Of a stretch of DNA of 64,000 nt, positions 49,333 to 61,735 are shown piece by piece. Origin of the DNA: Lobosporangium transversale (lineage: Eukaryota); assembly GCF_002105155.1 (NCBI RefSeq), contig NW_019029013.1, positions 248,001 through 312,000 of the forward strand, in the 5' to 3' direction. Every line of letters begins with the position of its first letter. The stretch's first letter is position 1. A model generated the notes under the pieces. The model had not been told where the DNA came from and made no database searches. It saw nothing but the letters and a program-made list of their open reading frames with translations. The position numbers were made by a program, and so were the translations under genes.

Positions 49333-52012
49333 TTAGACCGCAAAGACAGCAGAGACGGAACGTGCTCCATCAAAGATGAATGTGTTGTCCATAGGGATAT
49401 ATTGATGCGTGATCAGCTTGATGACCTCCTGACTCACGACTCCACCTATGAACGAAGCAATATTGTGAATCGTGCCATTACCGTAGCGGCAGCTAACGAC
49501 AATCAAGAGAACGAATTCGTTAAAATCAAATATCGTGAATAGACTGAACTAGCACCTGTGGTCTTTGTAAAATGCATTTGATGAGATGTTGATCCTCCTT
49601 ACATTTCATGTGTCAAATCCTTAGAGATAGTGTCGTTCTCAAGACCCCAGGACTGCAACAAGATATTGACATTGCCCTGAAGTTGGTCCACATCATCTTC
49701 CCAATTTTCTCCTTCACCAGGATGGTGTCCATGATCATCATAGAAGGAGTCTGAAGCACGTAAGAGGACGTATTGAGGGAAAATAGAGTCAGGATCAGAC
49801 AACCATGAAGCTATATATTTTCAAAAAAAATAAAAAATAAAAAATAAAAAATAAAAAATAAAAAATAAAAAATAAAAAATAAAAAATAAAAAATAAAAAA
49901 TAAAAAATAAAAAATAAAAAATAAAAAATAAAAAATAAAAAATAAAAAATAAAAAATAAAAAATAAAAAATAAAAAATAAAAAATAAAAAATAAAAAATA
50001 AAAAATAAAAAATAAAAATAAAGAAGGGTAAAAAAGAAAGGAATGTTAGACAATTTGAACGCTTCTGAATTAACTTGATTTTTTTTAAACAGATATCAAC
50101 ATTTTGCGATATGCTCACCAATCTGCTTTATTTTAGGTTGATTGTATTCCTGCTCCAGACTGCGATAACGAATGACTTTCAGGAACGCAGAGAATTTGCA
50201 AAAAGTTTCGATTTCTTGGAGTGGGATTGAGCCTGGTGCTAAACCAATCGACTCCAACAGTGAGTCCACAATCTTTGATACCTCCTGAATATCCTGTTTT
50301 GCTTTGGCTTTATAGCTAATCATTAGCAAGCAAGAGACGTTACAGTCAGCACCATGGATATTGTTTTTGCTGTCGTTATACTTCAGTGAATCAAACATCA
50401 TCCAAAACGTGAAATATGTCACCTACATGCTCTGCAGCGTCACATAACTATCAGTCTGTGCCTTCATATCTGGGATGGTGCCAGATAAGGGCAGTAAGCC
50501 AGCACTCTTAGCATAGTCGTCCACAAAATCCTTTAAAGCGCGCGCAAGTATCCAAAAGCTAGAGCTCTAAATACCAGGGCAATGAGGAACCACGAGAGAT
50601 TAAAGGATTTATGGGATTTAGCGAACGTCCCATGGCATATTTAAATTACATAGTAAAGCCTTTTTTTCAAGGGTTCATATTGGTGATTCTACCTCTGAAG
50701 TCAAGTTCACGCACTTTGGATCATTGAAAATCTCCTTGATACTGCTCGGAACTACAGTGGGTTGGCATGATCTAAGTACCGAGTTGATAGCTTCTTCGAA
50801 ATTTTCATCATCTGCTGATCTCATTCCAGATCTAATAGCCGCTTTGAGTTGATTTTTCTCCGCGTATGTGGAAGGGATTTTGCCTCCATGCTGTAGGAAC
50901 GATGAGTAGAAGTATGTTGTCAGATCTACACGCTGGAGTAATAGGAATGCAAATTGAAGACTTCCGCTAATAATAACACACCTCCTGCTTCCATTCTTCC
51001 ATATACTTAAGAAGAATAGCAACATATGGAATATGGCCAAACTCCAGTCCATCCTGGGTATTAAAATCGAATGACTTTGTAAAGGCAATGAGTTCAGGGA
51101 AAGGAGTATCGATACGGAGATCGGCAACGTTGTCGGGATGGGTCTCCACAACTAGGAGTAGAATTAAAACGTCCGGTAAATCTCCACTGAATGTTTTCAT
51201 GATACTCAATCCTATCGAGAAAGTCGAGAGTAATAATAATAAAACTCACTAGTGTGTTCCGGTACTGCAATCCTGGCTGCTCCGATGAATCCAACCGTCT
51301 TGACCCAAACAAACGCGGTCTTCTTCTTTCCAGCAGGAATAGTGTTAATATCGACGCCTTGTTGCCCATTGACCCAGCAAAGCGCTGCAATCTTTTCAGC
51401 AGTCTCGCGTGTGATATTGGTTGCGATGACCGTAGAGAACTGAGCGAGGAAAGCTGGATCCTCCTTCAAGATTGAAAGGATGTCCTTGGCAATCCAATGG
51501 CCCTTAACATCCTCATTCAACTCACCGAGAAGTTCACATGCGCGCTCCGCCCTTGGCTTGCCTAGGCTTTCAAAGTCGAGAAAGAAGTTGGAACCTATGT
51601 CGTTTTGCGTGACAGTCCCCTGATCAATTACCGTGAACTGGCCGATCCCTATTTGGTAATTGGAGCGTTAGCTAAAGATTTAAAACAGTGGCCTATAGTC
51701 TGGAAGAGATTACAATAACAGATCCGCCATTCACACCTGGAAGAACCAAGTTCTTGAGGATTTCACAGCCAACAGCGGTGGCATTGACTAGAAGTATATG
51801 TGCAGACTCGAGAGCATCTTGACCGCTATTACCCCAAAGTCTATTAAGGGGTATTGAAATTGATGCGATGGGTATTATTAAACGGTTTATATGAAGTAGC
51901 AATGTCATAATGCGTCCGCAGTCAGCATCCGGTTGAAACACGCAGTAACCAGTGCTATGTGTATACGGCTCTACCTGAGTTGGCGGTCGTATTTCTGTGT
52001 CTTTGCATCCAT
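49333..52012 (-). CDS. ULA1: NEDD8-activating enzyme E1 regulatory subunit (NAE1/APPBP1/Ula1), multi-exon
   Basis: [86 protein letters not shown]-terminal ...[10 protein letters not shown]. Confidence 0.93.
49823..50020. repeat. Heptanucleotide microsatellite (TAAAAAA)n, roughly 27 units, inside a ULA1 intron
   Basis: Near-perfect tandem array visible in the sequence. It produces the spurious FFIFYFL ORFs in the track. Confidence 0.95.
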
Positions 52013-52260
52013 AGTATCAAGATATGTTTAACGTAGATGGTTGATGGAAAAGAAAAGAAAAAGAAAAGAGAAATGAAGACGAATGGACGCGCCGCCGCAG
52101 CTTCTCGTGGCGGACTTGTGACTGTCCCTTGCCCTAAAAGGCAGTATTTCATATTTCCAAGCAAGGACAGTGAAAAAGCCGATCTTGTCCTTTCATTCGC
52201 TTTGATCCTTGTTATTGTTTTTCTTCCTTACTCCCTTCACCCACAATCGAAATTTGGATC
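52013..52260. promoter_or_regulatory. Short divergent (probably bidirectional) promoter region between ULA1 and MAM33
   Basis: Head-to-head ATGs 248 bp apart with a GC-rich core. Confidence 0.6.
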
Positions 52261-53343
52261 ATGTTTGCTCTCCGCACTGCTGTTGCCCGTACCATGCCTA
52301 CTTTGGCGATGCGTGCTGTTGTCATTCCCAAGCCTGCTGTTTCATCTGCATTGTTGACCCGCGCTGGATCTGTCTCGGCTTTGCGTTCTTTCAGTAACAC
52401 TCCTTTTGCCTGGAACAAGGGTATGTGGCTTAATTGAACTCTAGCTTGATGCTGGAGAAGAGGAATGCGAATGTGCATAGAAACATTTTCTATCGTTTTA
52501 ACCTCATAAAATCTAATCCTGTATTTATTTGTTCATTTCCATTAAGTTGATAAGGAGTTTACGAGTGTCCTCGAGAATGAGATCAAGCACGAAGAGGAGC
52601 AAGGTGATGAGGTTCCTGAGTATATCACCAACTACTTGAAAACAAGTCCCTTTCAAATCACTGATAAGCCCGGCTCTGACGAGGTCATCTTGACTCGCAA
52701 GTTCGGCAACGAAGAGTACGTGATTAGAATCGGGATATAGGATTATTTCCGAAGGATGAAGAACACGTATTCATCAGTAATCATGTTTCTGTCCTCTTTC
52801 TTCCCCTTTCAATTTATATTATTGTTTTATAGTATCAAGGTTGTTTTCTCGGTCTCAGATATCAACAATGCAGATGAGGAAGAGGAACTGGACTTGGAAG
52901 GGGATCTCGAAGACGAGGGTCAACAGCAGCAGAGTCTTTCTGCTTCTGGCGATGATACAGAGGAGGGTGAAGATGACCTCGAATCATTGACCTTCCCTGT
53001 CCGCTGCTTGATTACAATCTCCAAGCCTAATGCTGGAAGCATCTCTGTGGATGCCATTGCTCAGGATGGCACCTTCATTGTCGAATCCATTTCCAACATC
53101 AAAGACTCTGTATTGGCCAATACCTCGACTGCCGAGGCAGATTGGGAGAAGCGCGGATTGTATAGCGGCCCTCCTTTTAGTGAGTTGGATGAACAGCTCC
53201 AGATCACGTTCGAGAAGTATTTGGAGGAGCGTCAGATTGATGGAGACCTTGCCAACTTTGTACCAAATTATGTCTTCCACAAAGATCAGGTTGAGTACAC
53301 CAACTGGCTCAAGGAGTTGAAGGGCTTTGTTTCTGCCAAGTAA
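52261..53343 (+). CDS. MAM33: Mitochondrial acidic matrix protein MAM33/C1QBP (3 exons)
   Basis: Arg/Ala-rich presequence MFALRTAVARTMP; LENEIKHEEE, DKPGSDEVILTRKFGNE and YSGPPFSELDEQLQ..FEKYLEERQID...EYTNWL. Confidence 0.92.
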
Positions 53344-53798
53344 ATAAACCTTGTTTTTACTACCGATGCCGCTATCTCCTCTTTCAATTCTTTTTACGGC
53401 CTTTTGTTAGCCCTTCATCGTACATAGTCCTTCTCAGCCCTGTAATAAACTGACTAAAACTGACTTTCAAAGCGTGAGGAGAAAGGATGTGCACGTGACA
53501 CAAGCCAGCGACGGGACAGAAGGCTGTTTCATCGCATGTCATTCCGAATTTTTCTTGTGTTCGGCAGAAAGTGTTTACACGAGCAAAAGCGCGGAACTGT
53601 CCACATCCCCTGTCCTCGGACGCTTTTTACGCTCACACACTCTTTTTACCCCCTCTCGGATTGCCCATTTCGATCTTTTTCTCCACTCCTCTCCATCTCC
53701 TTCCCTCCATTCCACACTCCACTCCACTCCTCACTTCTATCAAGAGGATATAAAGGATACATACTTAGATTTCTTGTTCACTCGTCTATTTTTCCGCC

Positions 53799-56623
53799 AT
53801 GCTCCGAATCCAGTCCTGCTCTAACATCTTGGTGCGTAACATGCCCCCCTTTCGCATGCAGACACCGACGCATGCAACACGCTTTTCGTAGAGTTCATTT
53901 CTATAGTCAAAACAATTCGCCTTTAAGCTGGTCGAATTATTTATGGCTATTTGTCCTGGTTTTTTCCGAGACGAGCCTAGTCGCGTGTTTATTTGCTCAA
54001 TGTGTTCCTGCTTGATAAAACACACGTTGCTCCGGCTAATTCTCGGAAAGACAACATATTCTTTTTTTTTTTTTTATTGTTGTCGCTCTGTTGCTAATCG
54101 AATGCTTCCATTACTCTTTCTTTTCAATTAATGACAATTGTACCTCTAATAGCGTCGCACCGGTATGTCACTGACCAGATCTTGCTCCAGAGCAATTGTT
54201 CTGATTTTCTATTTTTTCGTCCGAAGAGGAGAACATGAATTATTTTCTCCGAAGTGACTAACCACTTTCTTGCTACTTATTGCACCTATAGCTGCTAAGA
54301 ATGCTGCTAGCCGTGCCTTGCACACTTCTCGCCCTGCTATGCAGGTTTTTGCCTCCAAGCCTTTGAATGCTAAGGAATCATCGGTATGTGCACTTCTCCA
54401 TTGAGTTGATTCTTGTGATCCTAGACCTTGTTTCTAATTTTTTTCTACCTCGCCTCGCTCCTTCCTTGTTTGGGTGTTCCCCGCAAAAAAAAAAAAAAAT
54501 ACTAAAATCACGCCTCTGTGCTCCCATGTATTATTCATGCACACACATGCTAATAACCATCTTAATCATTATCACTTAACAGAATCCAATTACCTCCAAG
54601 TATCCCATTATTGATCATACCTATGATGCTATTGTTATTGGTGCTGGTGGTGCTGGTCTCCGTGCTGCCTTCGGTCTTGCTGAGGCTGGTCTCAACACTG
54701 CCTGTATCTCTAAGCTGTTCCCTACTCGTTCTCATACTGTCGCTGCTCAGGTAAACAGTTGGACATTTCATGCCTCGTCTTTGTTTAATAAATCAATGTG
54801 GAATGTATCCTTAATTAAATGATGTTGGATCTCTCTCAATTGAACCGTTAATGTAAATAGGGTGGTGTCAATGCCGCTCTTGGCAACATGGGTGAGGATG
54901 ACTGGAGATGGCACATGTACGATACTGTCAAGGGTTCTGACTGGCTTGGTGATCAGGATGCTATTCATTACATGTGTCGTGAAGCCCCCCATAGTGTCAT
55001 TGAATTGGAGCATTATGGTGTCCCCTTCTCCAGAACTAAGGAGGGCAAGATCTACCAGCGTGCTTTCGGTGGTCAGAGCTTGAAGTTTGGCGAGGGTAAA
55101 GTCATCAATTCATTGATATCGTAACTGGTCTGGACAAATTTTTCAACGCATGCGGAGATTAGAAAGTGAAAAATAGTTTGCGTGTTATTTATTTCATTTC
55201 ATTTATTTTTTTTGCAAATTTAGGTGGTCAGGCTTACCGCTGCGCTGCCGTCGCTGATCGCACTGGTCACTCTATTCTTCACACCTTGTATGGTCAGTCT
55301 CTTCGTCACAATACCAACTACTTCATCGAGTACTTCGCCATGGATCTTATCATGGAGAACGGCGAGTGCCGCGGCGTTATTGCTTTGAACATGGAGGACG
55401 GCACTCTTCACCGTTTCCGTGCCCATAAGACTGTTCTCGCCACTGGAGGTTATGGCCGTGCTTACTTCTCCTGCACCTCTGCTCACACCTGCACTGGTGA
55501 CGGTAACGCCATGGTTGCTCGTGCTGGTCTTCCTCTCCAAGACTTGGAATTTGTTCAATTCCACCCTACTGGTATCTATGGTGCCGGATGCTTGATCACC
55601 GAGGGTTCTCGTGGTGAGGGAGGTTATCTTCTCAACTCTGAAGGAGAGCGTTTCATGGAGCGTTATGCCCCTACTGCCAAGGATTTGGCTTCACGTGATG
55701 TTGTTTCCCGTTCCATGACTATGGAGATCCGTGAGGGTCGTGGTGTTGGTCCTGAAAAGGATCACATTTACCTCCAGCTTTCTCATTTGCCCGCCTCTGT
55801 CCTCCATGAGCGTCTCCCCGGAATCTCAGAAACTGCCGCCATTTTCTCGGGAGTTGATGTTACTAAGGAGCCTATTCCTGTCTTGCCCACTGTCCACTAC
55901 AACATGGGCGGTATTCCAACCAAATATACAGGAGAGGTCTTGACTGTTGATGAGAATGGTGAAGACAAGGTTGTTCCTGGTTTGTACGCTGCTGGCGAGG
56001 CTGCCTGTGTCTCTGTTCACGGTGCCAACCGCTTGGGAGCCAACTCACTTTTGGACATTGTCGTCTTTGGCCGTGCTTGCGCACATCATATCCGTGACAC
56101 CTTGAAGCCCAACACTCCCCACCGTCCCTTGGCTTCTGATGCTGGTGCCGAATCTATTGCCAACCTGGACAAACTCCGTTATTCTTCCGGCCCTATCCCA
56201 ACGGCAGCTCTTCGCTTGAACATGCAGAAGGTCATGCAGAACGATGCCGCTGTGTTCCGTACTCAGTCATCATTGGATGAGGGTGTTGAAAAGATTGACA
56301 AGGTCTTCAAATCATTCAAGGACGTTGGTGTTACAGACCGCAGCATGATCTGGAACTCTGACTTGGTTGAGACTTTGGAGCTTCAGAACTTATTGACTTG
56401 CGCTGCTCAGACTATGCACTCTGCTAGCGCTCGCAAGGAGTCTCGCGGAGCCCATGCTCGTGAGGACTTCCAAGAGCGTGATGATAAGAACTGGATGAAG
56501 CACACCCTCTCATGGCAGAACCAGAAGACTGGCGACGTCAAATTGAGCTACCGTGCTGTCACTGGCACCACCTTGGATGAGAATGAGTGCAAGGCTGTTC
56601 CTCCCAAGAAGCGTGTCTACTAA
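53799..56623 (+). CDS. SDH1: Succinate dehydrogenase flavoprotein subunit (6 exons, including a 10-nt microexon)
   Basis: [56 protein letters not shown] and [13 protein letters not shown]. The presequence is assembled from exons 53799-53831, 54153-54162 and 54292 onward. Confidence 0.98.
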
Positions 56624-56846
56624 CCATTATATAGGCGGAAAAGATGATGGATTCGAGCATTTTCGTTTTTTTTTCTAATCGTTTTTTACAATAAATATTG
56701 ATTTCCAACAATAACAAAAGGAAATTGGCCAGACAATGTCATTGAAGTAGCGGCCATTCATTGGAGACGGGGAGTTTTTTAATTTTTTTTTTTATTTTCT
56801 TCCTTCGTTCGATTTTTACTCTATTACTCTAAAGAGTGAGAAAATT

Positions 56847-57722
56847 TTATGCTCCTTGAGCTTGTTGAATCTGTCGGATCAATTCTTGCAGATTGCCTTG
56901 AGCTTCTGTCTTGTTTCGCTCCCAATAGATCCGCTTCTTGTCCAATGCTTCGAGTTCCTTAGTCATATCTTTAGCACGTTCCGATAATTCCTTTGTCAAA
57001 TCATTCAATGGTTCTTGAACGAACCTATTTCACATACACATACATACAGACAAAATACAAGCTCGTCAGATGCAAAAGAAAGAAGGAAGGACGAAAATGT
57101 AACAGCAACAGTAAAGCATAAAGAACGATTCACTCGTGTCGTATTCCTGTTCTTTTTTTTTTTTTTTTTTTTTTTTTTCCTTAATCTGCCAACGTTACAT
57201 TTTACCAACTGACTTGTAAGTGACAGTATCGGCTTGAAGTGATGAAAGCTCCTTGTTTGTGAGCTCAGAAAGCTTCTTTTCTCTTTCCCTAGCCTGGATC
57301 TGTGCCTGGACAGAGGCCACCATCCGAGTGGCTTCCTGCAATTTTGACTGAAGATCGTGGACGAGCTTTATAAAAAAAAAAAAAAGAAATCACCAAAATC
57401 AGTTTTCACCGGAATGTGAGATCTAATTGAGGCCCTTTTTTTTAAAAAAAAAAAAAAAAAAAAAATAGTAATCTGGATTCCGAAAGGATGTTGAGATGAC
57501 TCTATAGTTGCTGATTATTATTAATTATTTCCTTGGATGATGACAGAACGTATTCCAAACGCGAATCTCAAATAAACGTGTCCTTGAGTGTTCGTTGTGA
57601 ATATCCACGCCTTCTTTTCCTTGCCGAGCTTCTTTTTTTTTTTCTTCTTCCCCTTGTTGATAAAAGTGTTGATGAGACTTTTTCCTTTATACCTTGCCGA
57701 GAGCTTGTTCGTTGATGGACAT
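56847..57722 (-). CDS. PFD1: Prefoldin subunit 1 (3 exons; absent from the ORF track)
   Basis: Spliced: MSINEQALGK|LVHDLQSKLQE...REREKKLSELTNKELSSLQADTVTYKSVGKM|FVQEPL...WERNKTEAQGNLQELIRQ. The Y-x-S-V-G-K-M-F prefoldin beta motif is present. Confidence 0.9.
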
Positions 57723-58746
57723 GATCGTGTGCGTATTGTGTTCAAGCAAAAAAGTGAAATGTGTGGGTTGTATTTCAAGAATTAATGGTTATATTTAAGT
57801 TACACGCACAGATCGAACCTAAGTTAACAAGGCTCAAATAAGTTATTTGTCCTATTTCCGTCATAGGATGTCTCAAGTGATTAAATACAGGTTTTAAGAT
57901 AATAATAATAATAGTAATGATAATGAAACTTCCATCTGAAGCGATTCTAAACCGGGTTCTTTCAGGTCTCCCTCATTTTTTCCTATAATAATTGGAGTTC
58001 TTACGATAATATAAAGAAAACTCAACACTGTCCCCTGCCAGAGGCTGTGCCTGGAAACAGTTACAGCAAGGTCAGTGGTTCTATTATTGGCTGCAGGCTA
58101 GTCATTGATATCTGGCGTTAGTATGCCGGCAAGGCCCTAAGAGAGTTGTTACGCGCCTAAGGCGAGGCACACTAAAATGGAAGGTCTCTTGGAACTAAAA
58201 AAAAAGGCCCTTGCCAACAGTAAGCAAACATTCATCGGATTTGTTTCGTTCAAATTATGGTTGATCTTTGTCATAGCATATCGAGAGCTAAATCCTCCAC
58301 AGTAAATGTTTAATGAAGCAATGGTATATGCAAGAAAGACATCTAGGACATGGGTGTACTGTGATACATATTACATGTGAATGTGATTACATACCATTCT
58401 TTTGCTGTGTTATGAGGAAATTACCAAAGGATTCGCGAGGATGGAAACGGGCGAAGCTGGCATTCATGTTGTGTCACAAATACAGAAATGATATCTTATG
58501 GAGCTGTCACACGGAAATACTGCGTTCCTTCTCTTTATCCTTTCAAACACTTGATCTCTTCTCTGATCACTAACAAGGTTGCTCTATTACCTACAATCCC
58601 TCATCCAGACAAAGTATTTGCGATGGATGTACTATATACATATACATCTCTTTTTTGATATTTAAAATCAGTATAGCAACCTTCAAAACGGCTCCGCCTG
58701 GAATGGTTCAGGAACTGAAGCTCTATTCATACACAACTAAGAATTG

Positions 58747-58780
<34 letters not shown>

Positions 58781-59414
58781 GAAATGATCGATCGCGTTCT
58801 AATACGGATTCTGACTTTGAAACGTATGGAATGATCCAGTAGGTGAAAACTAAGGGTCACTGCAGGCCTAAGAAGCGTTTTTTTTTTTTTTTTTTTTTTT
58901 TTTTTGCCTGAATGAATGGTCCTCTCGTAAATAAAGCTCAATTATCCTTGCAGCTGCATTTTATCAAGGTAAAAATGAAACCCTGCGGAGGTTCTAGTTC
59001 CTCATTTTTTAACTTTATATTATTAAAAGAGTACAGGTGTCTATGTTCCGTCTTAAATAAATATGCACCGCTTCTTTGCTTGGGAACATATACAGTATAT
59101 TACAGTCCCCATCTCTTCTTCGAGGGTTGGAATGACTAGTTTCTGGTCCCAGAAAGACAGTGGGTATAATGGATAATTAGGAATGTATACCGACTTTCTC
59201 TTATTTCTTAAGTGATGATAGCCAGGATGTGTCCATCTACGCTTTCCCAAAAGTATAAAAAGGACAGCTTCACTCATTCGCTCTTCATAACATCTAAGAG
59301 TAAGTCTTTAACTCTTTAGCCCATAAAAGAAATCTTTCACGACCTTTACCTGATCACCTTATTTTTTCTGACCTTGCTCATGCAGCTTTCCTTCTTAAGA
59401 TTCCATAAGTGAAA

Positions 59415-59732
59415 ATGTCGGCCAGCAACAAGTCCGTTCTCCTCTTCCTCGTCGCCTTGTTGGCGCTTGGCATCAGCAGCCACAGCGCCGACACTGCCAC
59501 GACTCCTTTATGGTGTACCTGCAGCGACAAGAATAACAACGTCAATCCCAAGACCCAGACTACCTGCAGCTACGTTAAAGGTAACTGGGGCGGCGGCTCC
59601 TGTGGCATTGACTCCCAGAACAAATACGACAACGCCCTAAGAGCAAGTACTTATGGTCTTGGGGTAAGTACAGGTTCTGGTACTAGATCACAACCTCAAC
59701 AAGACTATCATAATGCCTGCAATAACAAATAA
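59415..59732 (+). CDS. Small secreted cysteine-rich protein
   Basis: Signal peptide MSASNKSVLLFLVALLALGISSHSA; mature region WCTC..C..GNWGGGSCG..C; TATAAAA at about 59254. Confidence 0.7.
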   Translation: MSASNKSVLLFLVALLALGISSHSADTATTPLWCTCSDKNNNVNPKTQTTCSYVKGNWGGGSCGIDSQNKYDNALRASTYGLGVSTGSGTRSQPQQDYHNACNNK

Positions 59733-60244
59733 ATGATAAAGAGCTTTTCTTCCGCATGCTTAATTCTACCTTCCATACTCCATATTATGATGATATCTAT
59801 CTAAAGCGCGGGAACGGCCAATGTCTGCGCCTTGGAAGAGCAGTATGGGCATTTATATATTGTGCGTGTGTGCTGCGAATATGTCTCTTAGTGTTTATAT
59901 AATTACACACAATTATACTCTAAGCTAGTACAAAAAATTAAAAAAGGGTTTTTTTGTTGACAGTGGCAGTGAGGGAGTGAGTATAGATGGACCAAGAGGG
60001 AGGACGCAGGTCTAAAACTAGAGGGACTCTGTTCCCCTACGCTCCATCAGGCCGTAGTTGAATTCCGCAGGATCTAGCAGCCGCTACTAGAGCATTACGA
60101 GTTAGATAAATAGGGCCTTCAGTAGTCGGTCGAATTGCTGAGGGCATAGATCCATACTGTTGCTCTTGTTGTTTTAAATACCCATTTAATCAATCATTCT
60201 AACTTACTGCTTAGTCTACTTTTATAGCTTTCCTTAAGGACTTG

Positions 60245-60530
60245 ACTTCGGTGTCCTGCCCGATCAATAGTGAGGTGCGGTCGGCAAAACCCTTTTGAGA
60301 TGGCAATCTTAGCATTTTCTGTAGCTGTCTCCACGTCCCTGTGCGCATATCAATTATAAAGGGTATCCTCCTCCGTAATGACATCTTATACAGGGCTTCG
60401 TTAAAAAATCTTTACGAGAATCAAAAACTTTGTATTGAGGAGCTAAAGAGTTTTGCAGCACCTCTGTGCCCATCGCAGCGCGCCTATGGATTAACTGGAT
60501 GATCCGACGCTAGCGCCGATACCAATATCG
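60245..60530 (-). pseudogene. Possible heavily decayed TnpB/Fanzor-like C-terminal relic
   Basis: Across frames, in the expected order: IGIG, DFLTKPCIRCH, YAHRDVETATENAKIAISKGFCRPHL. Confidence 0.3.
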
Positions 60531-60749
60531 CTTTCGCTTAGATGAAGGTTGTCGCAGTTAGTAATATGCGAGCCAAGAATGAATAAACGTTTTGGTGTTC
60601 GTGTTGGTGGCGTACATGCTCAATTTTCTTCGTAAACACGTCACGGGGGAGGGCGAGGTGTCTTTTTTTGTGCGCTGCGCGTGAGTCTACATCGCTTTTT
60701 TACATTTACATCACCTACATCATCTATATTCACATTACACACTGTCAAT

Positions 60750-61735
60750 ATGCTCATTAAAGTCAAGGTATCAAACACGCTCAGTCTTTAGATACTGGCT
60801 TTTTCTTTGCTATTAGACTGCTTACTCTGCATAGTAGACCTTAAAAACTTGCGTATCAAAGTGCAAATATGGTATCTAACTTTTTTTTCTTTTCTTTTTT
60901 TTTTTTTTATTAATAGACACTTACTGGCAAAGAGGTATGGGGAATCGGGAACCAGTTTCCAATGAATAGACCATCGGGAGCTTCATCTCTTTTTTTTTTT
61001 TCTTTTATTTTTATTTGGAGACATCATGCCCGCTCAGCTGAAGTTTAAGCAGGATTCGTCATGCTTTCGGCATGGGAACAGTGGCAATCAGGAAAATTTC
61101 ACTTGGCTGAGTCTCCATCTCTTCCCCCTTAATGTCAGAGGGCGCAGTTCACCAGCATGGTCTACTGGTTAATGAGCAGACAAAAAAGACCACTCCGGCT
61201 TCATCACACATGTGCTGACCTTCTTGTGTTATTTTGTTCAATGCTTTTTTTATTTTTGTCTATCTCTTCATTGTACTTCGACATCTAGATCGAGATTGAC
61301 ATTGAGCCCAATGACAAGGTATGTTCTTTCAAAATAGTTTATACGACAATTTCACTCAGCTTCGTTCAGGAATCAAGAATACCCTAGCTTACATTACTTT
61401 ATTATTATTTTCCCTTCCTGAACATGGTATGGTGTTTAGATCACTCGTATCAAGGAGCGTGTCGAGGAGAAGGAAGGTATCCCTCCAGCACAGCAGCGTT
61501 TGATTTTCGGAGGAAAGCAGATGTGAGTTGCCTTACATTTTTTTTATAAAAAAAAAAAAAAAAAACTCGGAATATGAAAGGTGTTTTACAATTGTGGACC
61601 TAGATCTTGACCTAACAATCTTTTCTTTTCGTTTTTCCAATTAAAAAAAGGGGTGATGACCGCTTGGCTTCCGACTATAATATTGAAGGTGGTTCAGTCC
61701 TTCATTTGGTCCTTGCTCTTCGTGGAGGCTGCTAG
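60750..61735 (+). CDS. NEDD8: Ubiquitin-like protein NEDD8/Rub1 precursor (5 exons, 77 aa; not in the ORF track as such)
   Basis: Exons 60750-60767, 60917-60934, 61289-61318, 61440-61522 and 61651-61735 give [77 protein letters not shown]. Ala72 (LALRGG) is the NEDD8 signature. Confidence 0.97.

Noticed and set aside
49795..50121. ORFs with FFIFYFL repeats that look like membrane proteins
   Set aside because: They are translations of the intronic (TTTTTTA)n microsatellite.
55220..56084. Antisense ORFs overlapping SDH1 (and similar shadow ORFs over other long genes)
   Set aside because: Expected from codon bias in the sense gene; no independent evidence.
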